Shown: positions 1 through 9,204 of the stretch, piece after piece
Position numbering within the stretch: the first letter of the stretch is position 1
Layout: each line of letters starts with the position of its first letter
Assembly: GCA_035456305.1 (NCBI GenBank)
Contig: DATIDL010000156.1
Span: 1-48,785, forward strand
Direction of reading: 5' to 3'
DNA length: 48,785 nt
Source of the DNA: Nitrosopumilaceae archaeon
GTDB taxonomy: Archaea > Thermoproteota > Nitrososphaeria > Nitrososphaerales > Nitrosopumilaceae
Notes under the pieces: generated by a model
What the model was told of the DNA's origin: nothing
Databases searched by the model: none
Seen by the model: only the letters and a program-made list of their open reading frames with translations
Translations under genes and position numbers: made by a program

Positions 1-426
1 TTACTAGATAATGTGATAGTGGGTAGAATAACAAATACTGCAGAGCAAGTAAAATACTTAGAAAAGACATTAGAAATCAAGGATCTCTATCTCGTTGTAA
101 TAGATAATATCACAGATCTATTTTCTTTTGAATACTCAAAAGAATCAAAATCATTAACAAAGCATATCGAGTTTATGAAATACATGCATAATCTGTCATC
201 TGTAGCCATAAAGAAAAAGATAGCAATTGTTGTAACTAACATGGTAAGAAAATCAGATGAAAAGGAAAGAGAAAACCTGGATAGATCGATAAGTATGTCG
301 GTGCATCAGAAAATTCATCTTGTTAAAATTGGTCACAAATATGTCGCAGAAGTAAGACCATCATTTGGGATTAAAAAAGAAATCCCTTACATGATCACTC
401 CATCTGGTCTTGTAGATTCATCTTAA
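1..426 (+). CDS. RecA-superfamily ATPase, RadB/KaiC-like paralog (5' end cut by window edge)
   Basis: The frame is open from nt 1 (LLDN precedes the tracked GTG at 13). LYLVVIDNITDLF and KIAIVVTNMV match the Walker-B strand and following strand of archaeal RadA/RadB paralogs. Stop at 424-426. Confidence 0.6.
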   Translation, partial: LLDNVIVGRITNTAEQVKYLEKTLEIKDLYLVVIDNITDLFSFEYSKESKSLTKHIEFMKYMHNLSSVAIKKKIAIVVTNMVRKSDEKERENLDRSISMSVHQKIHLVKIGHKYVAEVRPSFGIKKEIPYMITPSGLVDSS

Positions 427-457
427 GATATTTATCACTGTAATCAGTAATGAATCC

Positions 458-577
458 ATGGCAGGTATTTTTGATTCAATTCCAATCATTGCTGTTATTT
501 TATTTGGAATTGGACTTGTTGGGGTAATGGTATACGAGCGAGCTAGAACTAGGCAAAATCAGGAACCGCCTACCTGA
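458..577 (+). CDS. 39-codon ORF with one hydrophobic helix (MAGIFDSIPIIAVILFGIGLVGVMVYERARTRQNQEPPT)
   Basis: ATG at 458 and TGA at 575-577, translated by hand. The ORF overlaps the open 5' part of the helicase frame. Coding status is uncertain. Confidence 0.3.
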   Translation: MAGIFDSIPIIAVILFGIGLVGVMVYERARTRQNQEPPT

Positions 578-3287
578 ATCTGAACTGATAACCAAGTTTC
601 ATTCCCTTGGTTTTGAAAACCTAACTGACATTCAGAAAAAAGCAGTCCCTATAATTTTCCAAAAGATTGATTCACTAGTAGTTGCACCAACAGGTTCTGG
701 TAAAACAGAGTCGTCCGTAATTCCAATTTTTGCAAGAATTGCAAAATCAAAAAAACCAGGAAAGATAAAGGCATTATACATAACACCTCTTCGTGCTCTG
801 AATCGTGATGTATTTAGAAGAATAATGAAATATGCTGAACAAGAAGCTCTTTCAATTCAGATACGTCATGGTGATACTTCTCAATCAATTCGAAAAAAGA
901 TCAGTGATTCTCCTCCTGACATACTCATAACGACTCCTGAAACTATTGTAATATTACTAACTCAACAAAAAATGCTTCATGCCCTATCTGAACTTGAGTG
1001 GGTTGTAATAGATGAGGTTCACGAGCTTTTAGGAAATGAACGTGGAGCACAACTATCATTAAGCTTGGAAAGATTACAAAATAATTCAAAATCTGATATT
1101 ACTAGAATTGGTCTTTCTGCTACAGTAGGAAATATTGAAGAGTGTGCCAAGTTTGTTGTTGGCACAAAAAGAAAATGCAAGGTAATTCGTGATACATCTA
1201 TTAGAAAATACGATGTAGAAATAAAATACATTGATGGTACAATAACTGATGTAGTTGATTTCATAATAGAATATGTGGCAAAGAACTACCAAAATTCCCC
1301 AGTCTTACTTTTTACAAATACTCGTGGTGAATCAGAATACATTGCTTCAATTCTACGTGAAAAATCTACATCTAGAATAGAATTACATCATGGCTCACTT
1401 TCACAAGAAGTAAGAGAAGAAACTGAGGAAAATTTGAGGCAAGGAAAACCCGGAATTATTGTTTGTACATCTTCTCTTGAACTTGGACTTGACATAGGTT
1501 CTGTTGAATTGGTTATTCATTATGGGTCACCTAGACAAGTATCAAAACTAGTCCAAAGAATAGGACGAAGCAGACACAACAGAGATTCATCTGCCAAAGG
1601 TCTTGTTATCACAAATAATCCTGATGACGAATTTGAGGCTAGGGCAATACTTGAGAGAGTGAAAGAAAAATCTATAGAAGATCAGATAATTCATGCTGAT
1701 TCGCTAGACGTACTGGCACATCATCTAGTTGGGCTAACCATGCAATTTGGAAGTGTACCGGTAGATCTGGCATTTAAGATAATTAGACAGGCATATCCAT
1801 TCAGAAATACAACTCTAGAAGATCTTTTTGGCGTTCTTGATCTCTTGCATTCTAGCTCCGTCATATTTTTTGATAAAGAAGAAATGCTTTTTAAGAAAAA
1901 AGGTAGGGCGTTTAGATATTATTTTGAAAATCTATCTACCATTCCTGATATTTTAAAATTCAAAGTGTTTGATACTGCAAGCAAGAAGATAATTGGAAGT
2001 CTAGATCAGCGATTTGTTGGCGATTATGGTGACCCTGGTAATGTTTTTGTTCTGAGGGGAATGCAATGGAGAATATTAAATGTGGATGAAAGCTCACTCA
2101 AAATTAATGTAGAACCCATACAATCGGCGGGAATTAATGTGCCATATTGGGAAGGTGAAAACATTCCTGTTGATTATGCCACCGCAAGTAAAGTGGGTTC
2201 ATTTCGATCAAAAGTACAGATGAAATCAATGGTTGTCTTAAACAAGGTAATTGAAAATCTTAAGCTAAGTGAAATTCCAAATGAAAAATCTGTCGTAGTT
2301 GAATCATTAAGATCTAGAAATATGGTTGTAATTCATTCATGTTTTGGAACAAAAATAAATTCAACCATCTCAATGCTCCTTTCTACAATGTTATCTGCCA
2401 AAACAGGGCATCTCGTAGACACAAGATCAGATGCATATAGAATAGTTCTGTCATCAACAGGAAGAATACCAGAAAAACAGGTGTTAGACATACTAAATGA
2501 AGAATATGATCTACCATTAGTTGTAACTGCATCACTTACTGGAACCCATAACATAAACTGGAGAACCTGGTGTGTAGCCAAAAAATTTGGTATTGTGGGA
2601 AGGGGAGCAATTTATGATAGAAAATCTGCACGATTCATCTATGAAAAATACTCAAAAACCTCACTTGCAAAAGAAGCTTTACGTGAATTATTTCATGATA
2701 AATATGACTTGAAAAACACACAAACATTATTAGAAAAAATCAAAGCAAAAGAAATTCTATTAAAATGGATAGAAGTAGATAGCTTTTCAAAACTTGCAGA
2801 ATCCATACTCGATCATACCACAAAATACTATGCATCTCCTGCAAATATTGACAAAGGAATATTGGATCTTGTAAAAACAAGACTTTTGAAAACAAAACAT
2901 AGGCTTATCTGCGCTAGATGTGGAAAGTGGGAAAAAGTTGTAGAGACAAAAGAAGTAAATGATGTTCTTTCATGTCATTATTGTAAATCTCGTCAGATAA
3001 CTGCAACATTTTATTCTGATTATGATCTTGGGAAAATAATACAAAAGAAACATTCTGGCAAAAAGATCTCAACAGAAGAAAACCATAAGTTTTCGCGTGC
3101 ATGGAAAATCTCCTCACTTTTGGAAAACTTTGGGAAAACTGCTCTTATAGTTCTCTCAGGCTATGGAGTAGGTGCAGATACGGGTGCAAGAATACTCCGA
3201 AACATGATCGGTGAAGAGGAGCTATACAAGCAAATCTATGAGGCAGAAAGACAATATGTTACAACTCGCGGTTTTTGGGATTCTTAA
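528..3287 (+). CDS. lhr: Lhr-type large superfamily-2 DNA helicase (start codon unresolved)
   Basis: The frame is open from the stop at 525-527. Motifs read: LTDIQKKAVP, APTGSGKTES (about 684-713), DEVHELL, LSATVGN, HHGSLSQEVR, QRIGRSRH, plus a C-terminal CARCGK...CHYCKS zinc ribbon. The first in-frame ATG/GTG/TTG is at 825, downstream of Walker A. Confidence 0.85.
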   Translation, partial: WYTSELELGKIRNRLPESELITKFHSLGFENLTDIQKKAVPIIFQKIDSLVVAPTGSGKTESSVIPIFARIAKSKKPGKIKALYITPLRALNRDVFRRIMKYAEQEALSIQIRHGDTSQSIRKKISDSPPDILITTPETIVILLTQQKMLHALSELEWVVIDEVHELLGNERGAQLSLSLERLQNNSKSDITRIGLSATVGNIEECAKFVVGTKRKCKVIRDTSIRKYDVEIKYIDGTITDVVDFIIEYVAKNYQNSPVLLFTNTRGESEYIASILREKSTSRIELHHGSLSQEVREETEENLRQGKPGIIVCTSSLELGLDIGSVELVIHYGSPRQVSKLVQRIGRSRHNRDSSAKGLVITNNPDDEFEARAILERVKEKSIEDQIIHADSLDVLAHHLVGLTMQFGSVPVDLAFKIIRQAYPFRNTTLEDLFGVLDLLHSSSVIFFDKEEMLFKKKGRAFRYYFENLSTIPDILKFKVFDTASKKIIGSLDQRFVGDYGDPGNVFVLRGMQWRILNVDESSLKINVEPIQSAGINVPYWEGENIPVDYATASKVGSFRSKVQMKSMVVLNKVIENLKLSEIPNEKSVVVESLRSRNMVVIHSCFGTKINSTISMLLSTMLSAKTGHLVDTRSDAYRIVLSSTGRIPEKQVLDILNEEYDLPLVVTASLTGTHNINWRTWCVAKKFGIVGRGAIYDRKSARFIYEKYSKTSLAKEALRELFHDKYDLKNTQTLLEKIKAKEILLKWIEVDSFSKLAESILDHTTKYYASPANIDKGILDLVKTRLLKTKHRLICARCGKWEKVVETKEVNDVLSCHYCKSRQITATFYSDYDLGKIIQKKHSGKKISTEENHKFSRAWKISSLLENFGKTALIVLSGYGVGADTGARILRNMIGEEELYKQIYEAERQYVTTRGFWDS

Positions 3288-4681
3288 TTCTTTTTTGTTA
3301 TTTGTGAAAAGGGGGTCAAGAATAATTCGATTCTGCCCTCGAGCCCAGCTTTTGCGGTTACCCCGATTATGGAAACGATCTCTCCTTGAGAAAATTGATC
3401 AAGCATTCGTGCCTGATTTCTCCATCCTTTTAACCAGATCTGACCTGTCTCATCTTCGATAAACATCTCTGATAATGCAACGGATTCACCTGTTTTTGTT
3501 TGAATTTCACGCCTTTCTGGCATTTTGAGAATTATGGCCTCGACGCAGTATGTATTATCACTTGGTTTTATGTCTCGAATCTTTGTTCTTATGTCTGATA
3601 TGGTAGGGATATTTTCATCATTTATTTTTCTGATTAATGCATCTTTTTCTAATGTTATGGAATTTCCATAAGCTTTTGTTGGCATACATTCTATGACTTC
3701 ACCAACTTGCATATCTTTTGAAACATTTGCAAAATCAGTAATGTTTAACAATTTCTTTTTTTGGTCTACTACCAAAATTAGATTATTCCCATAATCGTTT
3801 TTTGATATTGATAAAACTCTAACAGTTAAAGGTTGTATTTCATTTGCGCCCTCTATTTCAATAACAGTTCCTTCATCTCCATGCAGTTCAATTCCTTGCT
3901 GTCCTCTTTTTGTTTTCACACCGATTAGTCTTGTCTTCGCACCAGAAGTAATCATTTTTGGTATTGAATTTTCATCGGTGTTCCATAAAACAACCCTGAT
4001 AATCGTGCCATCTTTTCCCTTTAACCTTAGATGCAAAGCTTTTCCAGGTTGACCTTTAAAGTTGGTGAATTCAGACATCCTAACATTGCCATCCAACATT
4101 CCAGAAACTACAAGATTTTGTTGATCCTCTTTTACCATGCTTACATCTTCTGTTATTGAGTCAAGCAATGGAATGCTGCTTTTCATACCGCTTGTTTCAA
4201 GATTAGAACCAGAACCTATATTGATAATAGGGGTTCCGGTCATGTCTGATTTAACATACGCTTTGATTATCTTTACGAGGTCACCGGGTTTTAGACTCTC
4301 AATTCCAGGAAGATTAGCTTTTTCATCCCATAATTTCACTTTGGCTCTAGAATCTGAATCATAAACTGTTATGGTACGAAGAAGAAACTGTGTGCCATCT
4401 TTACGTGAAAATTGTTTAGCTGGATAAACATTCATCACTCTTGTCTCTAGGGTGATTTCCTTTGCTCCAACGTAAAGATCTTTCAGACCCATCTCAACTT
4501 TTAGTTGTTCGTTTAATGACACACCAAGATCCGATGCTATTAGAAATAATGCCCCTTGATCTGTCAAGTACCCTGCACCAATCTTTTCTTTCTTTTTATT
4601 GATCATTTCCTGTATGTCCGATCTAGAAAGATCTGGTTTTTGCTCAAGAAGTTTGTTTAAAAGTAATTCGAATTCTGACAA
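3284..4681 (-). CDS. RPA/SSB-like single-stranded DNA-binding protein with about four OB folds
   Basis: An N-terminal helical domain is followed by four repeats of the RPA OB pattern, for example DGTQFLLRTITVYDSDSRAKVKLWDEKA...PGDLVKI and ETGQIWLKGWRNQA...GEIVSI. No zinc finger is seen. Its stop overlaps the lhr stop by 4 nt (convergent). Confidence 0.6.
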   Translation of the reverse strand: MSEFELLLNKLLEQKPDLSRSDIQEMINKKKEKIGAGYLTDQGALFLIASDLGVSLNEQLKVEMGLKDLYVGAKEITLETRVMNVYPAKQFSRKDGTQFLLRTITVYDSDSRAKVKLWDEKANLPGIESLKPGDLVKIIKAYVKSDMTGTPIINIGSGSNLETSGMKSSIPLLDSITEDVSMVKEDQQNLVVSGMLDGNVRMSEFTNFKGQPGKALHLRLKGKDGTIIRVVLWNTDENSIPKMITSGAKTRLIGVKTKRGQQGIELHGDEGTVIEIEGANEIQPLTVRVLSISKNDYGNNLILVVDQKKKLLNITDFANVSKDMQVGEVIECMPTKAYGNSITLEKDALIRKINDENIPTISDIRTKIRDIKPSDNTYCVEAIILKMPERREIQTKTGESVALSEMFIEDETGQIWLKGWRNQARMLDQFSQGEIVSIIGVTAKAGLEGRIELFLTPFSQITKKN

Positions 4682-4756
4682 GTCACTCTGAAATAGAAGT
4701 GTGCATTAATAAAAATTTCATTAACTAAATTAGTGGGAGAATCAAATTCCATTTAA

Positions 4757-5698
4757 ATGTCCTGTATTGAAACGAATCTACTATCCAAATCATATGATTC
4801 CACGATCGCAGTGGATCGCATAGATCTATCTGTCTATTCCGGTAAGATTTTTGGATTTTTGGGACCAAATGGAGCTGGAAAAACTACCACTATAAAACTT
4901 CTTACAACACTCATAGCTCCAACAAGTGGTTCTATTGACATACTTGGAATAGATGCAATAAGGCACCCTCTTGATGTACGAAAAAGAATTGGTGTTGTTT
5001 TACAGCAACCCAGCTATGAGCCAACCCTTAGCGTAGAAAAATCTCTTGAAAAGTACGGGATGATGTGGAATGTTGAGAGAAAAACAAGAAAAGATAGAGT
5101 GGAGGAGCTTCTCTTGTCATTTGCTTTAGAAGATATAAGAAATGTGAAAAATGAAGATCTTTCAATAGGCCAGAGGAGAAGAGTACAGGTAGCACGCGAG
5201 TTTATGCATGATATGGAATTATTGTTTCTTGATGAACCGACAGTTGGATTAGATCCATCTGCACGTAGAACACTACTTGATTTTATCAAAAAAAGAGTAA
5301 AGGCGGGTCTAACTGTTTTCTTTACCACTCACATACTGCATGAAGCAGAATATCTTTGTGATGAAATTGCTATTATAAACAAAGGTAAGATTATAGCTAT
5401 AGATACTCCAGAGGATCTAAAAAACAAATTCGGTAGGGAGAAAACAATAAAGATTCACATAAATAACACAGAAAAAAACATGTCAAGTCTTTTAGAAGGA
5501 ATACAAGACTATAAACTTGATTTTAACTCTGGAACAAACATCACAATACGTTCTAACAATTCTGAAGAAATATTATTGAAAATCCTCCAAATCTTAACTG
5601 CGAACAATATCACAATAGATGATTTATCCGCGGTTCCGACAAGTCTAGAAGAAATATTTCTTTCAATGGTGAAAAAATCAAATGCATCCAATAATTAG
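4757..5698 (+). CDS. ABC transporter ATP-binding protein (ABC-2/DrrA-like)
   Basis: Walker A GPNGAGKTT, signature LSIGQRRRV, Walker B LLFLDEPTVGLD, H-loop TTHIL. Confidence 0.9.
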   Translation: MSCIETNLLSKSYDSTIAVDRIDLSVYSGKIFGFLGPNGAGKTTTIKLLTTLIAPTSGSIDILGIDAIRHPLDVRKRIGVVLQQPSYEPTLSVEKSLEKYGMMWNVERKTRKDRVEELLLSFALEDIRNVKNEDLSIGQRRRVQVAREFMHDMELLFLDEPTVGLDPSARRTLLDFIKKRVKAGLTVFFTTHILHEAEYLCDEIAIINKGKIIAIDTPEDLKNKFGREKTIKIHINNTEKNMSSLLEGIQDYKLDFNSGTNITIRSNNSEEILLKILQILTANNITIDDLSAVPTSLEEIFLSMVKKSNASNN

Positions 5699-6443
5699 AC
5701 TTGTAAATAGAAACCTGACAATATCTCTTAACAAGGGGTTTTTAATTTGGCAAGTCATTTTTCCTTTGATCTATATCTTCGTTGGAGGATTTGCTTATAC
5801 ATCATTAATTGATTCTGTCCCATTTGCAAATAAAACACTGGATTATCCAGCGTATATCGCATCTGGAATGATTGGTTTTAACATAATGAATAGCACTCTT
5901 GTCTCAGGCATCATAATATGGAATGATCGTAGGCATGGAATGTTTGAGCAGATCCTTGTAGGACCATTCACTCGTCGTCATTATATTCTAAGTAATGTGT
6001 ACACAATAGGAATTGTTGGTCTAATAAGCGCCGCTCTAATTACAATTGTAGGCTATCCACTATTTTTCAATTCTGTAGAATTTAATCTATTTACAATTCC
6101 GCTTTTGGTGTTTGCTTCCGTTGCTGGTTCAATTCTTTTTGGTTCTATAGCCTCTATCATATCTACTAGATTGAGATCAAGTGAGGGATTCAATGTCGTC
6201 ATTAATACGGTGTTTTTGTTTTTTGCATTCGTGAGTACTGCATTTTACCCAGCTGAAGGCGCGCCTGCACCAATTGCTACTGCATTTTATTTTAACCCAC
6301 TTACATATCTCGTAGATGTAGTTAGGGCTGGGATCTTTGGAAGCTTTGATACTTTTGTAGCTTTGGAAATGCTTGTTCTAGTAATACTATCTCTAGGCTT
6401 GTTTGCTGTAGCAACAAAACTTCTTGCAAAACTTGAATTATGA
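5682..6443 (+). CDS. ABC-2 type transporter permease
   Basis: Six predicted hydrophobic helices. Its start overlaps the upstream ATPase gene by 17 nt, the typical ABC-2 exporter pairing. Confidence 0.8.
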   Translation: MHPIIRLVNRNLTISLNKGFLIWQVIFPLIYIFVGGFAYTSLIDSVPFANKTLDYPAYIASGMIGFNIMNSTLVSGIIIWNDRRHGMFEQILVGPFTRRHYILSNVYTIGIVGLISAALITIVGYPLFFNSVEFNLFTIPLLVFASVAGSILFGSIASIISTRLRSSEGFNVVINTVFLFFAFVSTAFYPAEGAPAPIATAFYFNPLTYLVDVVRAGIFGSFDTFVALEMLVLVILSLGLFAVATKLLAKLEL

Positions 6444-6493
6444 TTATAAACAAGATCAATTTGATTTAAATTCTAGAAAACAATACCTTGTTT

Positions 6494-6730
6494 ATGGAAG
6501 TAAGAAAACGAAGTAGTTTTTGGTTTCTTTTACCGATTTTTTTCAATGTAATCGGCGGTGTAATTGCTTATTTTATTATCAAAGATGATGATCCACGCAA
6601 AGCAAAAAATTGTCTGTTGCTTGGAATAATATTAACTGCGATTTCGTTTGCAATTTTTGTAGTGCCAATACTAATTGGAATATCACTCATGCCTAATTTT
6701 GATATGATGCCAAATGAGCCATATCTGTAA
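6494..6730 (+). CDS. small membrane protein, two hydrophobic helices
   Basis: ATG at 6494 is preferred over the tracked TTG at 6488. Hydrophobic segments FWFLLPIFFNVIGGVIAYFII and LLLGIILTAISFAIFVVPILIGI. Confidence 0.45.
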   Translation: MEVRKRSSFWFLLPIFFNVIGGVIAYFIIKDDDPRKAKNCLLLGIILTAISFAIFVVPILIGISLMPNFDMMPNEPYL

Positions 6731-6742
6731 GTGATTTTAAAA

Positions 6743-6830
6743 TAGCCCGGCCCAGATTCGAACTGGGGTCAAGGGCTCCAAAGGCCCCTATGCTTGACCG
6801 CTACACTCGGTGGATATCCTCTACCGGGCT
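6743..6830 (-). tRNA. tRNA-Gln (anticodon UUG) with a 15-nt insertion between acceptor stem and D stem (putative non-canonical intron)
   Basis: Reverse complement: AGCCCGG TA [GAGGATATCCACCGA] GTGT AGCGGTCAA GCAT A GGGGC CTTTGGA GCCCT TGAC CCCAG TTCGAAT CTGGG CCGGGCT A. Removing the 15 nt gives a 73-nt cloverleaf. No encoded CCA. Confidence 0.75.
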
Positions 6831-6861
6831 TTCCGGGCGTTGAATGTTGATTTTGGTTCCC

Positions 6862-6867
6862 TTATAA
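6862..6867 (-). promoter_or_regulatory. TATA-like box upstream of tRNA-Gln
   Basis: TTATAA lies 32-37 nt upstream of the tRNA 5' end. Confidence 0.3.
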
Positions 6868-6933
6868 TGTTATTCTGTATCAGTAATTTTTTAATAATAT
6901 GGCACTTTAACAAAATTCTATTTACATTAAAAC

Positions 6934-7965
6934 CTAGATCGATTTAATCGCAGTGACAAGCTTTGGAAATGGATCATCCATGGATTTCAATATCTTTTTG
7001 GCATTGTTGATATCTTTTTTGTTATCTGATTTTAAGAATTGCTTTACAAGCCGAACTATTTTTTCAGGATCCTTTTCTCTCTTTACCAAATGTTTCTTGA
7101 CAAGATATTGTTCTATGATGTTTGGTACTGCATCATATGATATAGTGGGGATTCCCATTAATGCAGATTCAGCAGTCATTGTGCCACCTGATCCAATAAA
7201 AACATCCGTTAACATGAGCAGACCTTTCCCATCTACAACTTTATTCAGTATGGTGATTTTATCTCCAAATTCCTTTTTGAACTGATTAATCTGGGGGGTG
7301 TATCTGCCCAAGATGACTATATTACAATCTGGAAATTTATTGGCAATTCTACGTACTATGTGAAAGCTATTTTTCCTAGTAGAAATATAGGCTGCTTGCG
7401 ATTCCTCGGTTCTGATTACTATTGTTTTTTTATTCTTTAATGAAAAGTCTTTTTTTGAATATTTTTTTGATTTGTTTTTTACTATTAAAGATGCATCAAG
7501 CGATTTGTATTGTATGATATTTCTTTGCGAGATACCATATTTTGAAAATTCTTTTTTTGGTATAATCCAAGGTATGAGCAGTTTTTGTACCAGTGGTATG
7601 GAAAGTCTCATCACCGCTTCTGCGTGAGGTGAATCACAGAAAGCAACATGCTTGATGCCAAGACCATAGGAAATTCTTGCAGCTTCAGGAGAGCAAAAAC
7701 TCACAGTAAGATTAGGTGCAAATTTCCTTATTCTTGAGGCGAGGCCATTCATTCGTAAAATACTGGCATTTAACTTGCCAAATCTATCATCGCCTCCATG
7801 TTTGCCTATAAACACGAGATTTATGCCTCTGATTTTTGCAAGCTCAACAACCTCACGATATTTTCTTGAAGTACAGAGTATCTGATTGCTTTTTTGTAAC
7901 TTTTCAATCATGGATTCAAAAAACAAAAGCTGTTTTGGAGTAAGTATGTCAAACCAGATTTTCAA
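6934..7965 (-). CDS. DUF354-type protein (GT-B / UDP-GlcNAc 2-epimerase-like fold)
   Basis: KIWFDILTPKQLLFF is the typical N-terminus of this family. A TTG at 7965 gives MKIWFDI and removes the 38-nt overlap produced by the tracked start at 8025. C-terminal GSGGTMTAESALMGIPTIS. Confidence 0.6.
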   Translation of the reverse strand: MKIWFDILTPKQLLFFESMIEKLQKSNQILCTSRKYREVVELAKIRGINLVFIGKHGGDDRFGKLNASILRMNGLASRIRKFAPNLTVSFCSPEAARISYGLGIKHVAFCDSPHAEAVMRLSIPLVQKLLIPWIIPKKEFSKYGISQRNIIQYKSLDASLIVKNKSKKYSKKDFSLKNKKTIVIRTEESQAAYISTRKNSFHIVRRIANKFPDCNIVILGRYTPQINQFKKEFGDKITILNKVVDGKGLLMLTDVFIGSGGTMTAESALMGIPTISYDAVPNIIEQYLVKKHLVKREKDPEKIVRLVKQFLKSDNKKDINNAKKILKSMDDPFPKLVTAIKSI

Positions 7966-7987
7966 ACAATTTTGATAGAATTCTGAG

Positions 7988-9166
7988 GTGAAAAAGTTTT
8001 TCTTAGCCTTTCTGCCTAGCTCCAATGATTTGGGAGGAGCTAAAGTTGTTGTTTATGGTCTTAGTACGGAAGGTTATGCGATTGCTTGTCAAATGGCAAT
8101 TAAAGGTGCAGACGTCTTTATCGTAGATGAATCTGCACATATGGCCATATCTCTCAAATCAGAAATTGCAAAGACATACCCAGATGTTGCTTCATTGAAG
8201 GAAGACGAACCATTACTTGGTGTAGAACCAATAGAAGTTGCGATATCTCATTCTGAATATCTCTTTTTTGCTCCAAGAATAAGGAAAGCTGGTCAGGAAA
8301 TAAAAATGGAAATTCATTCTAAATTTAAAGACGCAACTAGTGCTATAAAGAAAGGCGGATCTGTAATTTATAATCTACCAACAGGTGTTGGTGGAAACAA
8401 CGAAACCATCTCACTCTTAGAACACGTAACAGGACTTGAGGTAGGAAAAGGTATCTCGTATTTCTACTATCCATTAGGTACAAAAAATCAAGTACCTGAA
8501 ATTATAGGATCTTTTAATGGAAAAGCTGATGATAAGCTTGCTAAATTACTTGAAACTGATAAAAAAGAAAAAAAATTCGTAGCAATAACATCTGCAGAAC
8601 TTTTTCATGCGATAAAAATTCTTTCACAATTTTCTGGACTATCGAGTATACTAGAAGTATGTAAGTTTGCACAAGATGAAAACACAAGAAATGATCTGAT
8701 GTTTGCAGAATTCAAGAATATGTTCTTAGACGATATGACCAATAATCTCTATGATCTGCGTTCCCTTGGAACCTCGCTTGAGGGAGCTGGCACCATGATG
8801 TACCTAGTCAATGGGAGCATAAAGGGTATTGATGGATATGTAAAACGTCTAATAGATGAAATTCGTTCAACGCTGAAAAAAAATGATCTTAAAGCAAGTA
8901 GAACAAGAGTAGCACTTGTCTGGACATTAAATCCATATGAGATGCGGGGTGACAAAGTTGACATGTTGAATTCTCTTGTTACAAAATTACGTGATTATAT
9001 TGGTGATGTTGAAATCCATCAAGGCCCAACCTTCGATCTTTTTCACAGTGATAAAACCACAATTGTTGTAGCATGTTCAAAATTAGACCATGAAAAGATA
9101 AACAAAAGTGGAAAAGGCTCTGATCTCATAATTATAAAGACAAATCCGCTTTGTGAGATAATGTAA
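7988..9166 (+). CDS. hypothetical protein with N-terminal Rossmann-like beta-alpha-beta (nucleotide-sugar dehydrogenase-like)
   Basis: KVVVYGLSTEGYAIACQMAIKGADVFIVDE resembles a dinucleotide-binding fold with a degenerate glycine motif. An alternative TTG start is at 8030. The function is not established. Confidence 0.5.
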   Translation: MKKFFLAFLPSSNDLGGAKVVVYGLSTEGYAIACQMAIKGADVFIVDESAHMAISLKSEIAKTYPDVASLKEDEPLLGVEPIEVAISHSEYLFFAPRIRKAGQEIKMEIHSKFKDATSAIKKGGSVIYNLPTGVGGNNETISLLEHVTGLEVGKGISYFYYPLGTKNQVPEIIGSFNGKADDKLAKLLETDKKEKKFVAITSAELFHAIKILSQFSGLSSILEVCKFAQDENTRNDLMFAEFKNMFLDDMTNNLYDLRSLGTSLEGAGTMMYLVNGSIKGIDGYVKRLIDEIRSTLKKNDLKASRTRVALVWTLNPYEMRGDKVDMLNSLVTKLRDYIGDVEIHQGPTFDLFHSDKTTIVVACSKLDHEKINKSGKGSDLIIIKTNPLCEIM

Positions 9167-9204
9167 TAAGAGTAAAATTAGCCTAAAGCATCAAACAACT
9201 TATC

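Noticed and set aside
458-3287. Programmed +1 frameshift fusing the hydrophobic 39-codon ORF to the Lhr helicase
   Set aside because: A membrane-anchored Lhr has no precedent that I know of. A 1-nt indel or non-canonical initiation is more parsimonious. It is kept only as one option in the finding.
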